Part shown: positions 36,536 through 51,775 of the stretch, piece after piece
Layout: every line of letters starts with the position of its first letter
How positions within the stretch are numbered: position 1 is the first letter of the stretch
Origin: Antedon mediterranea
Lineage: Eukaryota; Animalia; Echinodermata
Direction: 5' to 3'
Length of the DNA stretch: 64,000 bases
NCBI RefSeq assembly: GCF_964355755.1
Contig: NC_092675.1
Location: 4,087,812-4,151,811 of the forward strand
Notes under the pieces: model-generated
The model's input: only the letters and a program-made list of their open reading frames with translations
Databases searched by the model: none
What the model was told of the DNA's origin: nothing
Translations under genes and position numbers: made by a program

Positions 36536-38022
36536 TAATGTGGTAGATTTCCTAATCAAAACAAACACACCAAATAAAACATAATAATAGCGTCGATCGA
36601 GTTTGCGCGTGGTGGTTGCCAACAATTATGAATTTTGTCCAAAACTTTTAACCAATCAAAATTTAAAGAATCTTTACAGGGAAAAAGTACTTTTAGTATA
36701 ACGCCCTCTATAGATTTATAAATCACGACAGGTAATATTGTAAAAGTTGTCAAGAAAAAGTGTATTCATTCATTCATTCCCTTTATTTCGGATAGTAGTA
36801 TATCCATATATGTACAAAATAAAAGATTGTACACTACTATACTGTACTACTTCGAGTAGAGACTGCGTGGCCTATATTGAAACAGTTTTCAACATCTTTC
36901 TTGATGATTTTATATTTATATATATAGATGCGCTTTTATACGTTTTTATCGATCATTGATTGTTTTAAAACTTTGTGAATACCATTAATTCATATCTTAA
37001 ATACTCATACTAGGTCTAGGCTTAGTATAGGTTGATTTAAGATTCTTATATACGAAATGCTTAATAATTTAAACCATTGTATGGTCATTTCATGACTCTT
37101 GAAATCCACCTATGCAGTAGGTCTATTTTATTTCGTACAATAGGCCTACGGCCTAGTATACCAGTAGTGAACAATAGCAATGCACCAAATATAATAAAAG
37201 AAACTTCGGAAGCTTTCCGATCCATCACAATAAAAACATATTTTGTCTGAGGTTTCATATTTAAATTTAAATTATTGTTTTATTATTTATTTGTTTTTTT
37301 ACTGTTTGTTATTCTTATAGAGTTATGTATAAACAAATGTTATAACAAATATAAGTAGCAATTTTTGTTGCTGTTTGTTTTGATGAAATAAAATAACTAA
37401 ATAAATTACTGTTGTTCATGTTTGCGGCCATTTGTTGGCCTCGAAAGTACAGTTTCCCTAATCCTTTCTCTTTTTTTATCTGTTTTTGTACCAAATAAAT
37501 AGTTCTGATTCTTGATTCTATACTAGACCTTAATAGTATGAGTATTTAGTATTACGAAATTAATGAATGGGGCTCACGAAGTTATACAAACTCTTTCTCT
37601 CAAACTCTTCTATTTAAAACAAATATAGAGAGCGCCTTCTAGGAGGGCGTGCAAAGTTGCTTCGCGCTTGAATGGTTCAGTTCATTCATCAGAAAACACA
37701 CAGGTTAAGAAGGTGCTCAGCAGACGTGCATAACATAGGGAAAAGTTATTGTTGTTTTTGTGTGATAAGTACAGGTGGTGAATTTTTTCGGTCCCTCTTT
37801 ACCTTTGCGAATTCCTCGACCGTTACTATTTGATTATTGACCAGAAACGAACGATTTTTAGAGAATTTAAGTACATGGAAATTTAGGCTGGTTGCAAATT
37901 TACACACAGAGATTGCCCCAGCAGAAACTGATTGCTTTGTTGGGTTTTGGAAATTGAAGATTTGGCCCTGGAATCTATCACTCGGATCGTCGCCTTACTC
38001 AATTACTGGAATCCGCCAAAAA

Positions 38023-38164
38023 ATGGCTTGTTATAACATTCTTATTGGACTAATTACTGCTAGCTTTTTATTTAGTTCGTGTTGTTCTCAGAGATGGCAA
38101 GGAATCCTACCAAATGTGGCAAAAAAGTCGTTTGATGTCATCGGAAAGGATAACCAGTTTGAAG
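38023..38164 (+). CDS. First coding exon (signal peptide) of an unidentified secreted or membrane protein gene that continues beyond the window
   Basis: AAAATGG start context, MACYNILIGLITASFLFSSCCSQ signal-like peptide, phase-1 donor AG|GTATGG and a CpG-containing 5' region; no convincing second exon up to 64000. Confidence 0.6.
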
Positions 38165-40853
38165 GTATGGTATGAAATTTTGTTGTCTGTCTGCTGCTGT
38201 TGATAATATTTCGGCGGCCGCTAGTCATTTCACCTTTACTTTTTTGGCTCTTTAGTTTGTTCATTGTATGTTTTGTTTATCTAGTGAATGTGAGTATCCC
38301 CCTCCTACAAAACAAATTATAATAATTTAATAAACATCAATATTTTAGAAAAAAAAAGAAAAAATGTTAATACAAGATTTCTTGTTTGATTATCCTGGTA
38401 ATAATTGATAGAAAAAAGACAAACACATGCTATTGATTGTAATTGAATTCAGCTGTGGAAATATTGGGGATTTTTTTATGATGTGCATTGACATAATTAT
38501 GTATTCAGATACGAAATCCATTTTGTTATTCATTGCATTACACAATTCTCTGGATCAATTTGTCTGCTTTTGGAAATTCTCTACTTTCATTCCAAATTTA
38601 GACAAAACATGAACAAGTAAAAGTAGTATTTCACCCTGAATTTATTTTTAGACTTTTCAAAAGAATGATTTAATGATGTGGGAAAATCCCATGTCCGCCT
38701 GTGTTCATATCTCCTGTTTAGTTTCATTGTTTACATTTGTTTATGAAATTGTTTGTAAAGGATCTAGTAAGTTATGAATGCAATTGACTTTCAATGATGA
38801 CATAGTTTGGTAATTTGGTAATTTTACACATAAAATATCAGTAATATGAATATTTGCATAAGGTATGAGATACAGTAATTACAGTAGGTACTCAATAAAA
38901 GAACTGTGATTTTTTTAATTCCTTAAATAGTGAATGATTTAAATGACATCATTTGCTATAATTTGGTAATCTGAATCAGGGAATAATTTCACCAGTGTAG
39001 CATAGCAAAAAGCTATACAAAACAACCTTTTTGCTACACATTTCTACAATTGTGTAGCAAAAAATACAATACAAAACTATGTTTCTTGACTAAAAAATCA
39101 GTTTGATTAGCAATTTTGGTAAACAAAATTTTCAAATGAAATTTTTCCCTGTGATTTCTAAAAAATACCAGTATTAATGCTGTAGGACTATGAATCAATT
39201 CTTAAAAATGAATTACCAAAATCATAATTTACAAACATTAGTCAACAGCATAAAATTAATTTCAAATTTTAATTTGGTACATTATGTAATAAGTATATCT
39301 TTAACTGATATCTCAGCAATGAAATATCCAACTTTATATGAAAAATGTATTCGAACCTGTAATCTCTCTCACTTAGGTAAAGTATCATACCATTACACTA
39401 CAAAACAATGTAGTTACTGTTATCAAATGATGCATATAAATAATAGTTTTTACAGTAAATTTATTTTAAATAATTTTTTTGGGAGGAGATTGCGTTTTAC
39501 TACAAAAATATTATGAAACTTCAACCTTCTTGTTAAATGTGAAGCAAATGTATAATTCAGTACATGCAAGTGGGTTTATTGTACAATTGTGAATAATAAA
39601 TCCTTGAAGAAAATTCATGATGAAAGCCAAATGTAGATGTTGAGAATTCACAAGGACTTCAGATTGTTTACAGACCTTTCACTATATACATTCCTACAAT
39701 TTAATGCTTTTATAAAAAAAATAAAAATTTTCCTTTGAGCTGATCAGCATTGTAACTAATTTTGTGATTGTATTTCATGAAATAAATTAATAATGTATTG
39801 ATTGAACAATAATAGAAGCAAACAGAACCGTCAGAATTACTATAAAGTGAAGGTATACTAAAAGTGTACATACATTTTGATCAATTTTATACTTTTCTAT
39901 TGTTTTGCATACTATCTTATCTTGAGTATTAAGTCTCGATTGCAATGAACTTAATTTGGTCAAATTAACCGAGTCGCTGGCAGAAGTGACCAATAAAAAT
40001 CCAATCCAACTACAATTCCATCAGGACAAAGTCCAATAGTTACTTTTACTGGGCAGTCAATGGTCTTGGTAAAACTAACCATGCGGGTAAAAAGTTCAAT
40101 CCGAACGTGCACATGCGAGTCAATTGTTTTTAATATCACGGTTAAATGTTGTTAAAAATAACTGCATGAAATAAAAGTGCAAACGTTGGTTAAATGATGA
40201 AATTGGGTAAAACTACCATGGTTAAATTTACAATTTTTCTAGTCCAGTGTAAACAAAGCTTTAGTTCTAGAGTATTTCTCATTTCAAACAGTACAGTAGG
40301 GAAGTGTACCAATGCAATCACATACCAATTGTTTTCCTGTACTTTGGGTATTTAAGTACAATTGTAGGTACTTAAAATAAGGTATTGAGCCAATTCAAAT
40401 TGACTATAATTATGGTCATCGAATAGATAATAGATTTATTGTTGTCAATTAACACTATTGGTGTCATTATTGCATGGGTGTTTCACAGTTTTTATAGGTT
40501 ATTATAGCAAATAAACCTATTATCCCTTCCATTGTTTTGTTGTATGTTCTCATTGTTTCCCAGATAGAGTTAATAGACCTGCAGATTTAAGCCATCCATA
40601 TAGTAAAGGAATTATCCTCCATGTTCAGAACAAACAATAGTGATTATGTTAATCATCTAACCTTTGAACTTTTTAATGGACTTGTTTCCAGAGAAATTTT
40701 AAATTGTAGGTGATTGTCAATTGTTAAAATATCTATAGTAAGTATTGTACCTCATCCATTTGGTATACAGTACACTTAGGGCTAGTACTGAATGTGCAAG
40801 CATGAAGACTATTCTTAAAATATACTCTATTGTGCTACTAGACTGTATACATA

Positions 40854-41004
40854 AGCTCTGTCTACACTATCAAACATTAAGTGACAAAAAAAATGTGATG
40901 TGATGGACAGGATGATGTCATATCACTACCGTATTTTAGCATATCACTACCATAATTGGGTACATCACACTTTTTTCGAATTAGTTTGATAGTGTAGACA
41001 GAGC
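40854..41004. mobile_element. MITE family 1 copy
   Basis: AGCTCTGTCTACACTATCAAAC ... GTTTGATAGTGTAGACAGAGCT. Confidence 0.85.
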
Positions 41005-41666
41005 TTTACACTATAATTGTAATTAAATCATGATAGTATAAAACTAACTCCAAATAAAGAGTCAGTTTTACTTTTTTTTTCAATTAAAACCCCAAATATA
41101 CATGATAGTAAAAACTCTGCATGTTGTTTATATTTAGTAACATGATAATTATTCTCAATTAATAACTGTAATGTTTAATCATTATTTTGTCTATAAATAA
41201 CACAATTCACAATCCACTGCACCTACTGTAGGTATTTTGGTTTCGCTTTCCCTTTTTTAAGAAACCATTGAGGAACAAATTTGTTCTTGGAATTGAATAT
41301 GGTAGGTTTAACCATGGTTTAACACATGTTGTGAAGAAATCTTATCTTCTTTGTGTTTATCTAATTGTCCATAATGATCTGGTAAGGCCAGATTATTGAC
41401 ATAGTCACATCCTTCTTATTATTTCTGTTTTGCCAATACTGTACTGGGTGGTAACACAATACAAAGATGAAACTATTATTTTGGTGTTACTGTAAGATAA
41501 TATTTGATTTGGTTAGGATAAAAAGAAAATATTATTTCAGCCTTTAAAATGTCTGAAATGTGTTGTTTCACAACTCATGTTTCAATGTTTTGTTTTTGAG
41601 TGAAAAGTGTGAACATGTCCTTGTTTGTTTTGTCAATATAATGTGGTATAAACATGTACAAGTTAA

Positions 41667-42293
41667 AGACACCTTCCCTACAATTTGTGACGTTTTGTAA
41701 AAATAATACATATATATTACTTTAAAAACATTAAACCAGGTCATTCCTTGTCTTAAATGTACGTTTTATGGTAAATTATGATAAAAAGTGAGAAACAATG
41801 CACTACCTAAGTAGCTCGCGGCGAATGACCTCTCGTGGACGGTCTTTAAGCCTAGCCTAGCTAGGCTTAGTTTTGTAGGCCTAGCTGGTAAACATCGGTA
41901 ACGTACAAACATCGTACGCTAGCTATATACCTAGCCTGACGTTGTATAGTTGCTGCATTAATTATCTTTCTATTTTTGCCAGAGTCCGTTGATACAAATT
42001 GGAAAAAAACTGGTATTTTCGCTAAAAACTTAGGATTCTTCCATTTGTTTTGGCCTCACGATCGATCGAAAAGTGGGTGAATTACAGAAGAAAAACAAAA
42101 ATATCAATCCGCTCGCAATGCATTTTGGGATTTATAGCGGGCCGCTATAATGATTAGAATCAACTTATTTTTCACATTTTTAACCGTTTTAAAGACGAAA
42201 AAAGTTATCGCAATAGGACCATATAGTATTATTTTTACATTAAATATAGTTTGTGATCTTAAATTAGATCTAAAAAATGTAGGGAAGGTGTCT
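41667..42293. mobile_element. Non-autonomous DNA transposon with TTAA TSD (Kolobok-like)
   Basis: TTAA|AGACACCTTCCCTACA ... TGTAGGGAAGGTGTCT|TTAA; shares its body with 32117-32561. Confidence 0.82.
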
Positions 42294-42422
42294 TTAATGA
42301 TATGAATGAATTTGCTAGAAATTGTGTAAACAGGATGGACAAATGATCGCATATAAACACCCTGGCAAAGACAAAAGATCCACTGATGAATCGCAAATTC
42401 ATATAGAAAAACAGTACACCTG

Positions 42423-42556
42423 AAGTCTACACTATCAAACTGTATGTGGTAAAAAAATGTGATTTGCCCAAAGTGAATAGATGATGTTTATTATCTACCA
42501 TATTTGGGCACATCACACTTTTTTTGTCAAACTAGTTTCATGGTGTGAACAGAGCT
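42423..42556. mobile_element. MITE family 1 copy (degenerate)
   Basis: GTCTACACTATCAAAC ... GTGTGAACAGAGCT. Confidence 0.7.
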
Positions 42557-45500
42557 TAAGAAATGACAAGCTTGACTCTGTGAAACAGTTTGCCCGTTGA
42601 AGATGATAATAATGGACAGAAATAATTATTCCATATATATTCAATAATGCAAACTGTTTTCCCTTTTTATTTACTAACCATTTGGTAAAATTATTCAGAA
42701 ATGTATTCAATTGAAATCATTAATCAATGTAATTTAATATACAATTGTTGCTTTACATATTACTTGGATTATGCATACCTGCAAAAAGTCATCACAATGA
42801 AATTAGGATTTTAATGATATTCAATAGATTAACAAAGGTCAATAATGATCCACCTTTGAATAATAAAGCGAGCAGGGACTATCAGGCCATGATCAGGTTG
42901 TGTTATGGTTTAAACAATTTTTAAGCACCCGGAACATGCTGCTGGCAGTGGCACCACAGGACCGGAAAATCCTCAAATCTAGTCTGCCATTCATAAAATT
43001 TGAATGCGAAAGTAACATGATTTGCATAGAGTTCTCATGAAATATTTTAGTTGAAATATTACAACACAAACTTGAAGAACCAGTGTGTATCACTCCAACT
43101 TTGTTGAATCTACTCATCTTCCGGAGCCCCGCTACTCCAAATTCAAATACATATGGAGAGCCATTGTTAGTGAATTTTTATAATAAGTTATCTGGGATTG
43201 GCCCCAGAACTTCAAGTTTTGTAAATGCACCCTTATTGAAAAGTGGTGAATGTTTATTTAATGGATGATTTAAACATGTTTGTGATATTTTTGTACTTGT
43301 CGATAAAAAGAAACAAATGTAGACATTTAGACATTGTGTTATAGACTGCCTCCAGCCTTTTGCAACAATTTATAGAGAAATGTGTGCGTGAACGAGGAAT
43401 TAAACCATTTACATGTCTCCTACATGTCGTGTCCAGCATTAACATTAACGATTCCAAGCAATCATGAAATTGTCTAGGAGCTAAGACCTGGAGTCTGACT
43501 GGTCGGCTCTTTTTGTCGTTGGCTGTTTAATCTTTTGGGAGTGATGTTATTAATCGCGATTGTACAGTTACCTGACAGCAGCAGAGGGCGATGAAGTCTG
43601 AACCAGGTGTACATTTTTACGGGTGTTAAACGCCTCTTGTCCTGTTTCTATCGTAAACTTTATTTTTAGTTTTACTAGTGTCATGTGGGTAATTTTTTTT
43701 TGGTTTTGAAGGTAAACTAAACCAAATTCAATTAAAGTTAAATATCCCTTTTGTAAATGATACAATCCACTAACCCTACTACATCCAAGTGGCAGCAAGC
43801 AATAAGTAATCATTACATTATGTTTTCCATATAAATAAAAGACAATAATGTAATTTCTCTTCACACTTTTGACATTCTTGACAATCCAATATGTTATAAC
43901 TTACTAATATCTTTTCTATGTAGTATAACATGTCAGTTTTAAAAGACAAATGCTTTTTGTGTTATTCATGTCCGGACACATATTGATGTTCTATTTTTTG
44001 TACTTGTAGAATTATTTATAAGATGACATTTCGATTACACTGTACAAAATTTGACATTGAATCGTCACTAATAATATATGGCAAAACAAAACTTTTTAAA
44101 TATTAAATGGCCAATATTCTATTAAAAGAAGTTAATTACTCAAAATAGAATTTCATTAAACAACCCAAGATGGTACAGGCCATCTTACACATATAAGCAA
44201 GAATATCCTTGCACCTCTACCATTAAAAAACAATATTTGGTGTCATCTAAAATTTATTTCAGACTGCATAAATGCACTATTTTTCAGTAGGTACTGTACC
44301 CTGTACATTATGTTTAAAAAAAGAACACCATTGCCGACCAATTACATTCTGAAATCATTTTTTTATTGTAAGTTAATTTAATATTGTTTGAGGCATTATG
44401 AAATGTAATCAGACTTATAATAACTTAACTTCTACTAATACTACAAAAGGGACATTTTTAAACTTTTAAAATAGCTTTATAATAGTTTTGTTTAATGGAG
44501 TGGAAAATGGAAGTGGAAATTTTCTGATGTTTCTCACTTCTTGCTTCTAAATCTTTACAGTACACTCTATAGCATGGTTAAGGTAGATCTACTATTGGTT
44601 TTATATTGTGCTGTGTCCTCCCTATTGGTAGCTACGGCACCCTTAGGCGCATTCTTATCAGTTGACTTGTTACAGTTTAGGACATACCATTGTCCTGACT
44701 GAGACCAAGGAGGTAAATTTTGCGGGTTAAAAAAAAATGCATGTATGTCAAAATTGTTTTCTTTATAAATTGGTATCCAAAGAAATTCTATTTTAAGGAC
44801 ATTATATTTAGATAAAAGTGCAAGAACGTTTGTATTGGTATTCAGAAAAATCAAATTATGATAGAGGTGAATTCGCCTATAATACAATAGTTTTCTGATC
44901 ATTTGGAAAGTAAAGAAAGCCAGTTAACATACACATTTATATGAAATTTATTTTGATTACTGTACCAAGTTAAATTATTGAATTATCTTATCAGTCTAAA
45001 ATTAGAAGCGGATATCAGTGCTACCTAGACCACTTAAATAAGTGAGTAGAACAGTACGTAGTAGAACATACTGTACATTATGCCTACAATATGTACTATG
45101 TACAGACTTACGCTTGTACTTTACTATACAAGTATGTACTTTCCTCTTTATGGGTGAATGGAAACCTATTCCAAGCATAAAGGTGACAATTTACAAGTTT
45201 TACAATCTTTGAAGAATTACAATCCTCTGGTTGATTATTAAAAAGCTCTGGGAAATTAAAAGGAAAATAGTTGTACTCTATTGCAAAATAAATAAAAACA
45301 AACAAAAAGGTTAGGTGATCTCTTCTCTAGCTTGAGGCCATTGAAAACAAATCCTTTAGTTATTAAGAGGATGGTCTCTTGAGTCTGATGGCTTAATTTA
45401 CTGGAGCGGCGGCCATCATAGCGCTAACACTGCACCCACGGCAGTCCTTGCATAACTAGATAAGGGTATTGTGCAATTCCAAGTGCATAAGAATGCCTTT

Positions 45501-46397
45501 TTATATGTCTTCTGTTAATGATACTTGTTAAACAAGACTAAATAGCCTCAAGAAATACCCTGTTGTAATTCACAATGTTTTGTAGGGTTTCTATACTAAA
45601 TGCTATGTTGAACATGTACCCTATTTACACAATACTGCATCCATTCAATTGAACAAATTTGTACAGTTCAACTTTGTTAGATTACCAGACAACAAAGAAT
45701 GATACTGTAAGATTAACTATGTACAAATTGGTATCGTTGAATTTGCTTTTTGAAAAAATAGAGAACAAATTCCAAATTTGGTTAAAATTGTTACTGTTTG
45801 TTTTATTAATGAATAGATATTAGTTATAATGAAATATTAATGAACTACTGTATCCGAGTGTACAGTATATTGCTTGCACCTAACATTTTTTTCTAAGTTC
45901 TGTGAATAAACTAAGCTAGTTATCATGTTATAGTTAAAGCTACTGTATATAACAAATAATTTTGGGTGTTTCTATATTCTCTGACCCTATGTACTCTATG
46001 AAAAATGTGAAATTTTATTTAACATTGATTTTATTGTGTTATTCTATCATAAATATCAATATCCAAACTCGTAGTAGACAGGAGGAATTTGGGGGTTAAA
46101 ACCTTTTCATGTGCCCTCCTCAAGCTAGACTAGACAAGTGCTGATGGAATAGGCCTACTTTACACTACTCGGTTGATGACAATTTGTTGGCCCTTTTGTG
46201 GAAAAACGAATCCTTCTGTAAAAACCTGGATACAGGCTTGTTTATAATTGTCCCACATGAATTGTTCACCCACGGTGTCTGTTCTTGTCTTGTCTTCATT
46301 CAATACCTTCACACTTGTAGGCCTACATACCGATACTTGGACTTTTGGGAGCTGTAAGTTCCAGGTCAACACAAAGGTCAATTGCTTTTTTATCTAG

Positions 46398-47113
46398 GGG
46401 CCTGTTCGTAGGGGTTGAAAATACCAGCTTATTCCCGATTTCCGTTCGCGTGGCCCAATTAACTTTTGCCTCAGGCTACAAAAAATTCGAGGTAAAATGT
46501 TCACCAAATTTGCAGGTTATTTCAGCGATAATCCAATTATACTCGGCCTTCGAGGATAATAAATCTCCGATAGAGGCAATGTGTCAAATTTTGACAAACG
46601 TTCGCTGCCTAGGCCCGTCATTTCTCCTACGAAGCTCTTGCATACACGCTTCGAGAGCGATCGTCAGCTGGTGCTGTCCTTGTTGGTGTAGACCGCTTAG
46701 TAGGCCTAGCTGGTCGGGGAGCCGCTGGTCGGTGGTGTTTCCGTCGTGTAACATTGGGCTCAAATTCTTCGTCAATGAGTAAAATAATGGTCGTCAGGAG
46801 AAGGCATATTTCGGCAGGATTATCGGCGTTAAGAGGCATAAGGTTTGTCGCAAGGATAAGCAGTGTAAAAGGTAGCAAGTAATTGTTATTGTAAAGAAAG
46901 ATCGCGAGTAAACAATATACAACACGAAACTAGCGTGCGAAAATGGGGTCGTAGGTTGTAAAGACAACTGACCTTAAAACGTAATTTCCGGTTTGTGATT
47001 CGTCGATTAAGCATTTAAGCGGTTAAATATTTCAAGTACGAACAACGCTCAATTTATAACCCGAGGCATGGGTGAAATTAAGCGCTTATTTTAACCACCG
47101 TACGAACACGACC
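46398..47113. mobile_element. Internally deleted PIF/Harbinger-like DNA element
   Basis: Imperfect TIRs GGCCTGTTCGTAGGGGTTGAAAATA / TATTTTAACCACCGTACGAACACGACC, TAG on both flanks and a GC-richer interior. A minus-strand peptide (MQELRRRND...F) loosely resembles a Harbinger transposase N-terminus. Confidence 0.55.
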
Positions 47114-47602
47114 TAGGTGAATTACTTTCTGACATGTTTCCTGCTGTATGGGATTATCCTCCTGATGATAATTAGCAAATAAACTGTAAAACAGATAGTG
47201 TATGAGGATGGTAATGGAAAAGGCTCTCAATGACATTTCCATTTATTAAGATTGATGACTTAATAAGATTTACTTGAAGTTTGAATGATCTAGGGAGGTG
47301 ATTTTTGTCTATAATTTGAATATCTTGATAATCTCATCCATCTATTGGTATAGTCTCATTTCTTTATTTAAATTGAATAAATAAATATTAATATACTGTA
47401 GCATATTGTATTTTACATAGAATATGTTACATTAAGGTTTAAATTAATAATGTTGTTACCAAATTTGATTTTTAAAATGTTACCCGCTGCACTGTATAAG
47501 CAACCAAACACCATGTGTTTTAACACAGGATTTTCCACAGTCCTTGATTCTAGAACACTGGCTAGGGCTGAAGTCAGTATCATCAGATACTGTGAAGTTT
47601 GA

Positions 47603-47732
47603 AGCTCTGCCTACACTATTAAACTAGTTTGTGTGATGTGTCCAAATATGGTAGTGGTATGACATCATCATGTTCATATATGGACACTTCACATTTTTTT
47701 GTCACATAAAGTTTGATAGTGTAGACAGAGCT
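47603..47732. mobile_element. MITE family 1 copy
   Basis: AGCTCTGCCTACACTATTAAAC ... GTTTGATAGTGTAGACAGAGCT. Confidence 0.8.
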
Positions 47733-48644
47733 TAATATACCTGTAGTTAGAATTTTTTATATTATTTTAACAATAGATGTCGCATCTAAATTATTCAAAA
47801 TCATAATTGTATGATCCATAATTGTTTGTTCTGTACTTCTTATTGCTCAGAGTAGTACTATGGTTGCAGATTGTCAATATATTTTATTATTTGTAAACTT
47901 TTAAATCATAGATAAATTTGTATTGAATGTTGACAATTGTGATCCAGCATTTTGTTTTATTTGGGGTTAAAGTACATTCTTATAGTAGATTTATCTAGAA
48001 AATAGCTTGTGTACAATAAAACTTGTGAAGACTTTGTCATGTGTGTCTGTCCATACCAAAATCATTTTATGTAATTGTTAGTGTTTTGGAGTATAGAACC
48101 CCAGCGATGTACCTATTCACATATTCACATTAGCCTGGTTAAATGGCATTCCCAAAATAATGATTAAAACACCTAGACCATCAGACCGCTATTATCGTGC
48201 AAAATTTAGCAAACCATGCAAAATAATGGCTGACTGTATATAACATCAATATCATCCAATGCTTTAAATGGTTTTATCGAATAAAAAACCCAAAAAAATT
48301 TGATGTTGATTATAAAATTATTTTTTATCTATTATCAAATAAACAGTTGGAATTATGCAGTAGAAACAGACCCTTAGATTACCGATTCACAATGGATTTA
48401 TGAAATTTAGATTTATATAAAATAAATATATAATATTGAAAAACCGTACACTGTAGGTTAATCTGCATTTTAATGATGACCTTTCAAATGCATCACAAAT
48501 ATTTTGAATTTCCATCATGAGTAATTTGTATCAGTCTTATTAGTACATTCTGTAGGTATCAGTAATATTCTATTAGTTATATATACTTTTCATCGCCAGC
48601 CAAAATATGGATGAATTGAACAGTATGCCAAAGAAAATGGAGAT

Positions 48645-48915
48645 ACCTAGCTTACCTAGCCTGGATAAACCGGCAAATGCCATTTTCTCTTCAAAGAGCG
48701 AGATATACTTGAAAAGTAGAAAATTCATTGAACACATCCCCTCTCCATAAATGGTACAGTCTATAGACCATGCCCTCAAGCGGGAGCATCCCCACACACA
48801 ATCATCATCATAGAGCGAGATGTACTCGAAAATTAGACAATTCATTGAACATCCCTCTCCATAAATGGTACAGTCCATAAACCATGCCCTCAAGTGAAAG
48901 AATCCCCACAAACCA
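48645..48915. repeat. Dispersed repeat with an internal duplication of about 120 bp; another copy at about 52855-52975
   Basis: AGAGCGAGAT..ACT.GAAA.TAGA.AATTCATTGAACATCCCTCTCCATAAATGGTACAGTC occurs twice here and once near 52900. Confidence 0.75.
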
Positions 48916-49419
48916 CTACCAACACTATTTCTGGTTAGTGTAATTTAATCACATCTAAAAAGACATTTACTCATAATTAATTATTTGGATCCAATGAAAT
49001 TATTTCAATAAAATACTGCAAGTTGTACTGAATGTTCATGGAAATCAAACACCTTGGTTTAATAACAATCCTGCCAAGTTTAAAGAGAGAATTCATTTAG
49101 ATTTCCTCTTGGAAATGGCACTTATTTTCCTATTTTCAAAGCACAGCCAGATCAAATCACCCCATTTCAGAATATCTGTATCTATCCCATGAGATAAATT
49201 ACCATCTTTCTCGCTCATTGTATGTGGTAATTTTCTTACTTCAGATTCAAAGATTGTATTCAATTAAATAAGCCTTCTTTATACTGTACAACAATATTCT
49301 ACTTTACATGCACAGAGCTACAAAATGTGTACAGTACTTTTTATTTCATGCATTGATGCTGTAGTAAAAATATTATGTTCTCCAAACACATATTTATATA
49401 TGGTACAATGTCACAATAA

Positions 49420-49745
49420 TTGTTGTTAACGTTTTCCGTCTTCCGACATTACGCTTTCCACAATTTGTTTCCATTTTTTTCTGTTTATGGCAGGATGGTT
49501 TGTTATTGTGTTAGTGTCTACTAGTCCTTGTAAGTCTTTCTTTATTTGATTCATCCAGTTATTTCTTGGTCTTCCTACGGGTCGTTTTACTTTCCTGTTA
49601 GTTTCCTTCATTGTTTGTTTGATTGGGGTATCATCCGGTAATCTAATTATGTGTCCATACCATTTTAGTCTCCTTCGTTTAATTCTTTTACTCCACATTC
49701 TTCTTGTTTTGTTATCTCGTATATTTTCGTGTTACAAACTCTATC
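49420..49745 (-). mobile_element. 3' end of an RTE-clade LINE (ORF C-terminus)
   Basis: IKRRRLKWYGHIIRL...KRPVGRPRNNW...DL...NRKKWKQIV is the characteristic RTE C-terminal motif; the stop runs into a (CAA)n tail. Confidence 0.9.
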
Positions 49746-50467
49746 TCCTAATTTAATATCATCTTTCGCAACATTTTCCTGTGATATATATCTATACTCT
49801 CTTGTAATTTTTTGTCACAATAAACTGTGATAAAATATAAAATACATTTTTAATATTATTGTAGCCAAATTTCTCAAATATTTATAAAACATTTTTGTTT
49901 TAAGATTACTGTTCATTCCATAAATATGTCACTACTTCCTAATAAAGGTCTGTATTCATTATATAAGGTAGTAAACTACTTTATTTATTTAATGTTTTAT
50001 TGTTTTATACAGTATACTACAGTATTAGTTTCTGAACACTTAAATTGATGTCAGAGTTCATTTGAACAGAAAAGGGATACACCTCTTTACTTCAGGTATC
50101 TTTGTTAGAGGTACTTTGCCTAATAACCTTCAAATATTATTATTTTGGATTCTTGTTGAGAAGTTACCCAACCTTGAAATTCAAACAAATTCTTCTGTAT
50201 TGAAAATGACTGTTTTCAATTAATAAAAGCAAACTGAGAAAGTCCATCCTGTGTTTTAACTACCTATGCTTGCATAGTTTACAGTAAGGGATCATAATGC
50301 TACTGTAGTTACTGTATTTTATTTATTACAAGCACGATTCTGACTTTGAGTTAATTGGCATCAGAAATGATCAAGTACTATGCATATTCAAATATCGCTA
50401 CCTAGGTTTATACATCTATCCCGGCATCTATCTGAGTATTCACTTTCCATTCCAAGAAGGAAGTTTT

Positions 50468-50583
50468 AAACAAGGCCATATAAATGGCTGCAGTCGCGTG
50501 CTGAAATTAGTGTTTACCGACCGTCCGAACAACCGACCAACCGACATAGTGAGCTGTAGAGTCGCGTTGCACGTGACTAGAAA
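50468..50583 (+). mobile_element. Possible Helitron/Helentron-associated short element
   Basis: AAACAAG start, (CCGA)n-like interior and a terminal hairpin AGTCGCGTTGCACGTGACT followed by AGAAA. Confidence 0.4.
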
Positions 50584-51775
50584 TCCCCAGGGTTCATGCC
50601 CTCCACCAAATGCAGGATGTGCCTCAACCCTTAACCCAGCGCCATTGAATATTTCTTTTCAAGATGTAAGAACATTAATTTTTAGCAAGCCAGTGTCAGT
50701 TCAATCAATCTTCAAGTATGGATGGTTCGTGTATAATCCTGTTTTCTTTATTTATGTATTATTGTTCCATTCATAATATTTACTGTATTTTTGCAATTAG
50801 GAGTAATGTATTTGACAAATTTGAAAAATATAATGAATGAGTTTGTTCCTTTTAGGTAAAAAAAAAAGTTTTGCATCCTCTCCTTTATTGATTTATGGAC
50901 CTGTATGATGGTGACCATTCTTTAAAAACTATTATTCTCATTTTCTTTTATGTCATAATTGCATAAATACTAATATTAAATCCCTACAAAACAGTACTGA
51001 TAAAAACTATTGGTAGGATTCTACCAGTCTGGGTAAATTCCATAAGGGAATGCCTTATAATGTTAATTTATTGATAACATAATTATCAATTTTGAGAGTA
51101 TTATTGTGTTGTTGAGGCATACAGTATCTTGGGAATTTTCCTATTAAGATAACATTAATTTATTTAAAGGACGTAGATTAAATGGAAGGCAGTTTCCATC
51201 TAGTAGAACATTAACTGTTTTGTCTCAAATCTTTGATAATAGAAGATCTACTGTGGTTGAATTTACAAGTTAACAGGTGGCAACAAACTTAAATTTATGA
51301 ATACCGTAGTAAAGAGATCATTAATTGAATAAATGGTACACTGAAGCCAAACTGTAATTTAACATTTATAATTTGCTTTGACTTGATTTTATTTATGCGT
51401 CAGCCCATTGTGACTACTATGCTCCTTCTTTCTTTTATTCTCTACCTTTAAGCATTCGTAACTCTTACAATTTCTCCTTTAAATCTTTTTTGGAAAAACA
51501 CCTGTTTCTCTCTCTCTGATTTTTTTTCCTTCTTTCATTGTAGGCATACTGTATATTTATATTTATATATATATATTAATTTTTTTATCTTTGTTAATTT
51601 TGTGTTTTTATAGTTTATTTTGTATTTACTGTTTGTATTGTTTGAGGGTCCCTAATGATCAGCTGATGCTGGATGGACCACCCTCATTAAATATTGTTGA
51701 AATAAATAAAATAATCAAGGGTTTCTGTATATTTAAAGCCATATCATTAAATATATTTGACATAATGTTGCATAA

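Noticed and set aside
42893-43600. Short ORFs in a slightly GC-richer stretch
   Set aside because: No consistent frame, splice sites or recognisable domain; possibly an old transposon relic.
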